This document shows positions 27,372-32,272 of a stretch of 32,272 bases of DNA, piece by piece (the stretch's first letter is position 1; the number at the start of each line of letters is the position of its first letter). Where the stretch lies: contig JBGQGY010000028.1 in NCBI GenBank assembly GCA_041497675.1, forward strand, positions 1 through 32,272, in the 5' to 3' direction. A model generated the notes under the pieces. The model was given only the letters and a program-made list of their open reading frames with translations, made no database searches and had not been told where the DNA came from. The stretch comes from a bacterium. GTDB lineage: Bacteria > Sysuimicrobiota > Sysuimicrobiia > Sysuimicrobiales > Humicultoraceae. The position numbers were made by a program, and so were the translations under genes.

Positions 27372-28277
27372 ATGCGCGGCGGCGAGGCGCGGGCGCTGCG
27401 CGCGGAATGGCGCGTCATCGTCGGCGACGCCCTGGCGGGGATGCGCCGCAACGCGTTGATGGCGGCGGCCGCGACGTCGACCATCGTCGTGGCGCTGGCC
27501 GTCGCGGGGTGCGGACTCCTCGTGTCCGCCAACTTGATCCACCTGGCCGGCATGTTGGAGGGGCAGGTCGAGGTCGTCGGTTTTCTCCGAGACGGACTCT
27601 CGGCGGCGCAGCAGCAAGACGCTTTGGCGCGGATTGCCGCGGCGCCCGGCGTGCGGTCGGCAAAGATCGTGGGCCGCTCGGCGGCGCTGGGGCGGTTGCA
27701 GCGGGCGTTTGGCGCGTCGGCGGCGATCGTCGACCTGCTGCCCGCAAACCCTCTGCCGGACTCCATTGAGGTCCACGTGACGGACGCGGCCCGGACGCGT
27801 GCGGTGGCGTCCGCCATCCAGCAGACCCCGGGCATCGAGGAAGTCGTTTTTGGCGCCCCGGTCGTCGACCGGCTGGTCGCGGCGACGCGGGCCGTGCGGC
27901 TCGCCGGTGGTGCGGCCGCGGTCCTGCTGGCCGCCGCGGCGCTCTTGATCATCGTCAACACGATCCGCCTGACGGTTGCCGCGCGCCGCCAGGAAATCGA
28001 GATCATGACGCTGGTCGGCGCGACCCGCGGGTTCATCCGTTGGCCCTTTTTGATCGAAGGCGCGCTGCAGGGCGCCGCCGCGGCGCTTGTCACCACTGTG
28101 CTGCTTGGCGCGGGGTATGTGTTCCTGGTGACACGTGTGTCAGCGTCGTTGCCGTTCCTGCCGCTGCTGCCGGCGGCCACGATCCTTCCAATTGCCCTCG
28201 CGGTGGTGTGGGCGCTCGGCATTGCCGTCGGCGTCTGCGGCAGTGAGATCGGTCTGCGCCGGTATCTGACCGCATGA
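27372..28277 (+). CDS. ftsX: Cell division permease FtsX
   Basis: NPLPDS, IIVNTIRLTVAARRQEIEIMTLVGATRGFIRWPFLIEG. Confidence 0.93.
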   Translation: MRGGEARALRAEWRVIVGDALAGMRRNALMAAAATSTIVVALAVAGCGLLVSANLIHLAGMLEGQVEVVGFLRDGLSAAQQQDALARIAAAPGVRSAKIVGRSAALGRLQRAFGASAAIVDLLPANPLPDSIEVHVTDAARTRAVASAIQQTPGIEEVVFGAPVVDRLVAATRAVRLAGGAAAVLLAAAALLIIVNTIRLTVAARRQEIEIMTLVGATRGFIRWPFLIEGALQGAAAALVTTVLLGAGYVFLVTRVSASLPFLPLLPAATILPIALAVVWALGIAVGVCGSEIGLRRYLTA

Positions 28278-28284
28278 TCCGCGC

Positions 28285-29445
28285 ATGATGATGCGCCGCA
28301 CCGCGCTCGGCCTGCTGCTGTTGCTGGCAGCCGCTGGTACAGCGGCCGTCGCCGGGACCGCGGTCGCGCAGCCGCCCCCCGAGCCCGCCGCCAGTCCCGC
28401 GCTCCCCGCCAAACAGGAGGAGCTGGCGCGTATCCAGCACCGGCTCGACGCGGAGCGCGAGCGGCTGGACAAGACCCGTCGTCGAGAGCGGGGACTCTCC
28501 AGCGACGTCCAGCGTCTCGACCGGCGGCTCGAAGCGACCGCGTCGCGGCTGACGCGTCTGTCAACGGAGCTCCAGCGAACACGGCTGGGGGCCGAAGCCG
28601 CCGCCGGGGCCCTGGCGCGCGCCGAGATGGCCTTGGCCCGCCGGCGCACCGTCCTAGCCGGCCGGTTGCGCGACGTGAACCGTTACGGCCGGGCGGGATA
28701 CCTCGACGTCGTGTTGGGCGCATCCTCGTTTCCGGAGTTTGTGACACGGGCGCGTCTGGTCACCGCGGTGGTACGGTCGGACGCACGGCTCATCCACTCA
28801 TACACCGAGGACCGCGACCGGGTCGCCGAACTGCGAGACGACCTGCAGACGCAGCAGCGGCGGCTGCAGACGCTCGTTGGCGAGACGCAGGAGCGCCGGC
28901 AGCAGCTCAGCGAGCAGGTCGGCGCCAAACGAGGGGCCCTCGACGCCATCGTCCGAGAGCGCGCCGCCGCCGAACAGGCGGTCAAAGACCTCGAGGAGGA
29001 TTCCGCCGAACTCGAAGCGTTGATCCAGCGGCTTCAAGTCGGGGTCGGACCCCGGGCCCGGTGGTCCATGTCGGCCGTCGCGTGGCCCCTGCGCGGTCCG
29101 ATCACCTCACGATTCGGGTTCCGCCGCCACCCGATCTTCAGACTGCGCCAGTTCCATCAGGGCGTCGACATCTCTGCTTCGATGGGGAGCCCGGTCCACG
29201 CGGCGTTTGGCGGGATGGTGTTGTATGCGGGATGGTTCGGCGGCTATGGCAAGTTGATCGTGATCGATCACGGCGACGGCTTCAGCACGCTCTACGGACA
29301 CCTCTCGGCCATCGACGTCGCCCCAGGCCAACAGGTCACGCGCGGCCAGATCGTCGCCCGTGTCGGCAGCACCGGGTACAGCACCGGCCCGCATCTGCAT
29401 TTTGAGATCCGGCAGCGGGGCAAACCGATCAATCCGCTCCCATGA
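28285..29445 (+). CDS. Coiled-coil + M23 peptidase domain protein (EnvC-like murein hydrolase/activator)
   Basis: Signal peptide, long coiled coil, HQGVD, YGHLS and STGPHLHFE, so the M23 zinc motifs are intact. Confidence 0.92.
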   Translation: MMMRRTALGLLLLLAAAGTAAVAGTAVAQPPPEPAASPALPAKQEELARIQHRLDAERERLDKTRRRERGLSSDVQRLDRRLEATASRLTRLSTELQRTRLGAEAAAGALARAEMALARRRTVLAGRLRDVNRYGRAGYLDVVLGASSFPEFVTRARLVTAVVRSDARLIHSYTEDRDRVAELRDDLQTQQRRLQTLVGETQERRQQLSEQVGAKRGALDAIVRERAAAEQAVKDLEEDSAELEALIQRLQVGVGPRARWSMSAVAWPLRGPITSRFGFRRHPIFRLRQFHQGVDISASMGSPVHAAFGGMVLYAGWFGGYGKLIVIDHGDGFSTLYGHLSAIDVAPGQQVTRGQIVARVGSTGYSTGPHLHFEIRQRGKPINPLP

Positions 29446-29508
29446 AACCTCCCCGTTGGTGGTAATCTACTTCTTGGCGATCCACAGTTCGTTGGGAGGC
29501 GATGTGTC

Positions 29509-30726
29509 GTGATGCGGAACCGGTTGACCACGCTGCTGCTGATCGGGGTGCTTGCCGCCGGTCTCTTCCTGGCCGGCTACGGGGCGGGACAGCACCGCGC
29601 GCTGGCGGGACCGGCTGACGACCAGGGGTTCGACCTACTGCGGCAGCTGCTCGTGCACGTCCGCAGGGACTTTCTGAATCCTGCACCTGAATCGCAGAAG
29701 CTCTTCGACGGCGCCGCCAAGGGCATGCTCGAGGCCTTGGGTGACCCATACACGCGGTACATGGCCCCCGGCGTGTACAAGGAGTTCTCGTCCAACACCC
29801 AGGGGTTCTTCTTCGGGATCGGGATCTACATCGACATTCGCGCGGAGCACCTGATCGTCGTGCAACCCATCGAAGGCACCCCGGCGCACAAGGCCGGGCT
29901 GCGCGCCGGAGACCGCATCCGTACCATCAACGGCGTGGCCACGGACGGCATGTCTCTCCAAGAAGCCGTGACACGTATCCGCGGGCCGGCCGGCACAAAG
30001 GTCACGCTCAAGGTCGCCCGGTCCGAGCAGACGTTTGATGTCGAGATCACGCGCGCACGCATCGAGGTCATCACCGTTCAGGGTCCGGGCGTCCTCGAGG
30101 AGGCGGTACGGAAGCAGTTGACCGCGGATCACCTGGGGTACGTTCACATCCTCACGTTCAACGAGCAGACTGCGAAGGAGTCACTGGCTGAGTTCGACCG
30201 GCAGGTGGCCGGGGGCGCGCGCGGGTTGATCATCGATTTGCGCAGCAACGGCGGCGGGTTGCTCGACATCTGCGTGCAAGTGGCGGACCGGCTGATCGAA
30301 TCGGGCAAGCCCATCCTGCACATTGTCGCGAGGGACGGCAGCCGGACCTCCGAACGGGCCAGGTCGGGCGCCAAGATCACCATTCCCATCGTGGTGCTCG
30401 TGAACGAGTACAGCGCCAGCGCGTCAGAGATCCTCACCGGTGCCCTCAAGGACTCGGCGGGGGCCCCGGTGGTCGGTCAGAAGACGTTTGGCAAGGGTGT
30501 GATTCAGTCGGTGTACTCGCTGCCGGGTGGAGGCGGGGCGGCGATTACGACCGCGAAGTATCTGACCCCCGCCGATCACGATATCCACGGCAAGGGCATC
30601 ACACCCGACGTCCCGGCCGGTGACAAGCTCGAAGGGAAGTCCGAGGCCGATATCAAGAAGATCGAAGCGGTACAACTCTCGCGTGCGATCGACGTGCTGA
30701 AGCAGCGCATTGCCCAGCGGCGGTGA
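29509..30726 (+). CDS. ctpA: S41 carboxyl-terminal processing protease (PDZ)
   Basis: LGDPYTRY, GIGIYI (PDZ), DLRSNGGG, SASASE, TFGKG. Confidence 0.93.
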   Translation: MMRNRLTTLLLIGVLAAGLFLAGYGAGQHRALAGPADDQGFDLLRQLLVHVRRDFLNPAPESQKLFDGAAKGMLEALGDPYTRYMAPGVYKEFSSNTQGFFFGIGIYIDIRAEHLIVVQPIEGTPAHKAGLRAGDRIRTINGVATDGMSLQEAVTRIRGPAGTKVTLKVARSEQTFDVEITRARIEVITVQGPGVLEEAVRKQLTADHLGYVHILTFNEQTAKESLAEFDRQVAGGARGLIIDLRSNGGGLLDICVQVADRLIESGKPILHIVARDGSRTSERARSGAKITIPIVVLVNEYSASASEILTGALKDSAGAPVVGQKTFGKGVIQSVYSLPGGGGAAITTAKYLTPADHDIHGKGITPDVPAGDKLEGKSEADIKKIEAVQLSRAIDVLKQRIAQRR

Positions 30727-30751
30727 ACGCGGGAAGAGCGCGAGGGGCCGT

Positions 30752-31663
30752 GTGAGTCGTCGGTCTCCGGGACGCCGCACCACGCGCGGCCACACGGTCG
30801 CGGCCTTCATCCTCGTCGTCGTGGTCGCGTTTGCGACCGGCTGGTGGCTGGCGCTGCAGCACCAGACTCTGTCGGGCGGCGCGCCGCCCGCTCGCGTACC
30901 GCAACGGATCACCCCGCCCGAGGCGGTGCGTACCCCGGCCTCGGCCCGCCCACGCGGCGCCGGCCCCTCTCCGGCGCCGGTGGCAAGCCCGATGAATCCA
31001 TCCGCGCCGCGTCTCGCCATCATCTTCGACGACGCAGGCGGCAGTCTCGCACACATAGAAGACATCATCGCGCTGGGCCGGCCGGTTGCCGTGGCCATAT
31101 TGCCGCACCTGGCATATTCTACCGAGGCCGCGCGGCGCGCCAGGGCCGCAGGGCTCGAGGTGCTCCTGCACCTGCCGGTGGAACCCGAGGATGATACCAA
31201 GGCGATGGGACCTGGGGGCGTCTTGACGGCAATGGACGACACCGAGATCCGCGCCGTGGTCCGCTCGGACTTGGAGTCCGTCCCAGGTGCCGTGGGTATC
31301 AATAACCACATGGGGTCGAAAGGGACGGCCGACTACCGTGTGATGCGGGTGATCCTCGATATCGTGCGTGGCGCAGGCCTCTTCTACGTGGACAGCGTCA
31401 CGACCCCGCGCACCATCGTGGCCCCTGTCGCCGAGGAGATCGGGGTGCGTACGGCGGCGCGCGCGGTGTTCCTGGACAACGAGAATGACGAGACCGCGAT
31501 CCGCCGCCAGGTGTTTCGCGCGATGACCGTGGCGCGGGAGCGCGGGAGCGCGATCGCGATCGGGCACGCGCAGCGGCTGACCCCGCGGGTCGTGATGGCC
31601 ATGCTCCCCGAGTTCGACCGGGCGGGCGTGGTGTTGGTGCCGGTGTCGACGTTGGTGAAGTGA
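30752..31663 (+). CDS. Divergent polysaccharide deacetylase (YibQ-like)
   Basis: N-terminal TM segment, Pro-rich linker, [39 protein letters not shown] 30752 with GAGGGG upstream. Confidence 0.9.
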   Translation: MSRRSPGRRTTRGHTVAAFILVVVVAFATGWWLALQHQTLSGGAPPARVPQRITPPEAVRTPASARPRGAGPSPAPVASPMNPSAPRLAIIFDDAGGSLAHIEDIIALGRPVAVAILPHLAYSTEAARRARAAGLEVLLHLPVEPEDDTKAMGPGGVLTAMDDTEIRAVVRSDLESVPGAVGINNHMGSKGTADYRVMRVILDIVRGAGLFYVDSVTTPRTIVAPVAEEIGVRTAARAVFLDNENDETAIRRQVFRAMTVARERGSAIAIGHAQRLTPRVVMAMLPEFDRAGVVLVPVSTLVK

Positions 31664-31685
31664 GCGGGAGAGGAGCGGTGGCATC

Positions 31686-32272
31686 ATGAGCGCGCAGGCC
31701 ATGTTGATGGCTCCAAAGGAAGATCCGTGGGACTCGGCCCTCCGGCAATTCGATCGGGCTGCCGACCACTTGCCGATCAAGCGCGGTATCCGCGAATTCC
31801 TCGCGTACCCCAAGCGGGAATTGACCGTGCATTTCCCGGTCAAGATGGACGACGGCTCCGTCCGCATCTTCACCGGGTACCGCATCCATCACAGCACCGT
31901 CCTCGGTCCGACGAAGGGTGGCATCCGCTACCACCAAGACGTCACCCTCAATGAGATCCGCGCCCTCGCAATGCTGATGTCTTGGAAATGCGCCGTCGTA
32001 GGTCTGCCCTACGGGGGGGCCAAGGGCGGCGTCGTGGTCAACCCCAAAGAGCTCTCGCAAAACGAACTGGAGCACCTCACCCGGCGATACGCGACCGAGA
32101 TCTCGATCCTGATGAGCCCGGAAGGTGACATCCCGGCGCCCGACGTGGGGACGAACCCCCAGGTCATGGCCTGGATCATGGACACCTACAGCATGCACCG
32201 TGGGTATTCGACCCCATCGGTCGTGACCGGCAAGCCTGTGGCCATCGGCGGGTCGCAGGGGCGCGTGGAGGC
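31686..32272 (+). CDS. gdhA: Glu/Leu/Phe/Val dehydrogenase (glutamate dehydrogenase), 3'-partial
   Basis: Absent from the ORF track. Manual translation from ATG 31686 (GAGGAG RBS) gives [43 protein letters not shown]. Confidence 0.9.
   Translation, partial: MSAQAMLMAPKEDPWDSALRQFDRAADHLPIKRGIREFLAYPKRELTVHFPVKMDDGSVRIFTGYRIHHSTVLGPTKGGIRYHQDVTLNEIRALAMLMSWKCAVVGLPYGGAKGGVVVNPKELSQNELEHLTRRYATEISILMSPEGDIPAPDVGTNPQVMAWIMDTYSMHRGYSTPSVVTGKPVAIGGSQGRVE

Noticed and set aside
25487..28747. 1086-aa minus-strand ORF
   Set aside because: Antisense shadow of surE-ftsE-ftsX-M23. It is Arg/Ala/Pro-rich, has no recognisable motifs, and is typical of high-GC DNA.
29443..29470. Internal promoter before ctpA (TGAAAC...TCTA ECF-like, or extended -10 TGGTAATCT)
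   Set aside because: Two competing weak readings; neither can be supported from sequence alone.
30653..32198. 410-aa and 266-aa minus-strand ORFs
   Set aside because: Antisense shadows of the deacetylase and dehydrogenase genes.
1..32272. CRISPR arrays, tRNA/rRNA genes, transposases, integrases or phage genes
   Set aside because: None recognised; the intergenic spaces are short and show no repeat-spacer periodicity.

Overview
High-GC bacterial chromosomal window, almost fully coding, with no rRNA, tRNA, CRISPR or recognisable IS element. In order: a partial GT87/DUF2029 membrane glycosyltransferase; glutaminyl-tRNA synthetase with a C-terminal GatB/Yqey domain; an acetamidase/formamidase-family enzyme; a class III cyclase-STAND ATPase-TPR protein; a tandem GNAT; an XRE-HTH/TPR regulator preceded by an unannotated 42-aa secreted-peptide ORF; a TrpR-like (YerC/HisR) repressor; a 5'-truncated MFS transporter; a his operon (hisZGDCBHAF-IE) with a clear promoter and tandem operator; an opposite-strand operon of a PD-(D/E)XK-like protein, hpt and a BMP-family nucleoside ABC transporter; a HEAT-repeat protein; surE; ftsE-ftsX-M23 (EnvC-like)-S41 protease-divergent polysaccharide deacetylase; and a partial Glu/Leu/Phe/Val dehydrogenase. 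The most notable observation is the peptide plus HTH-TPR pair at 7872-9530, which has the architecture of an RRNPP-type peptide signalling system in a genome that does not look like a typical low-GC Firmicute. All calls come from manual reading of motifs; no database searches were run.
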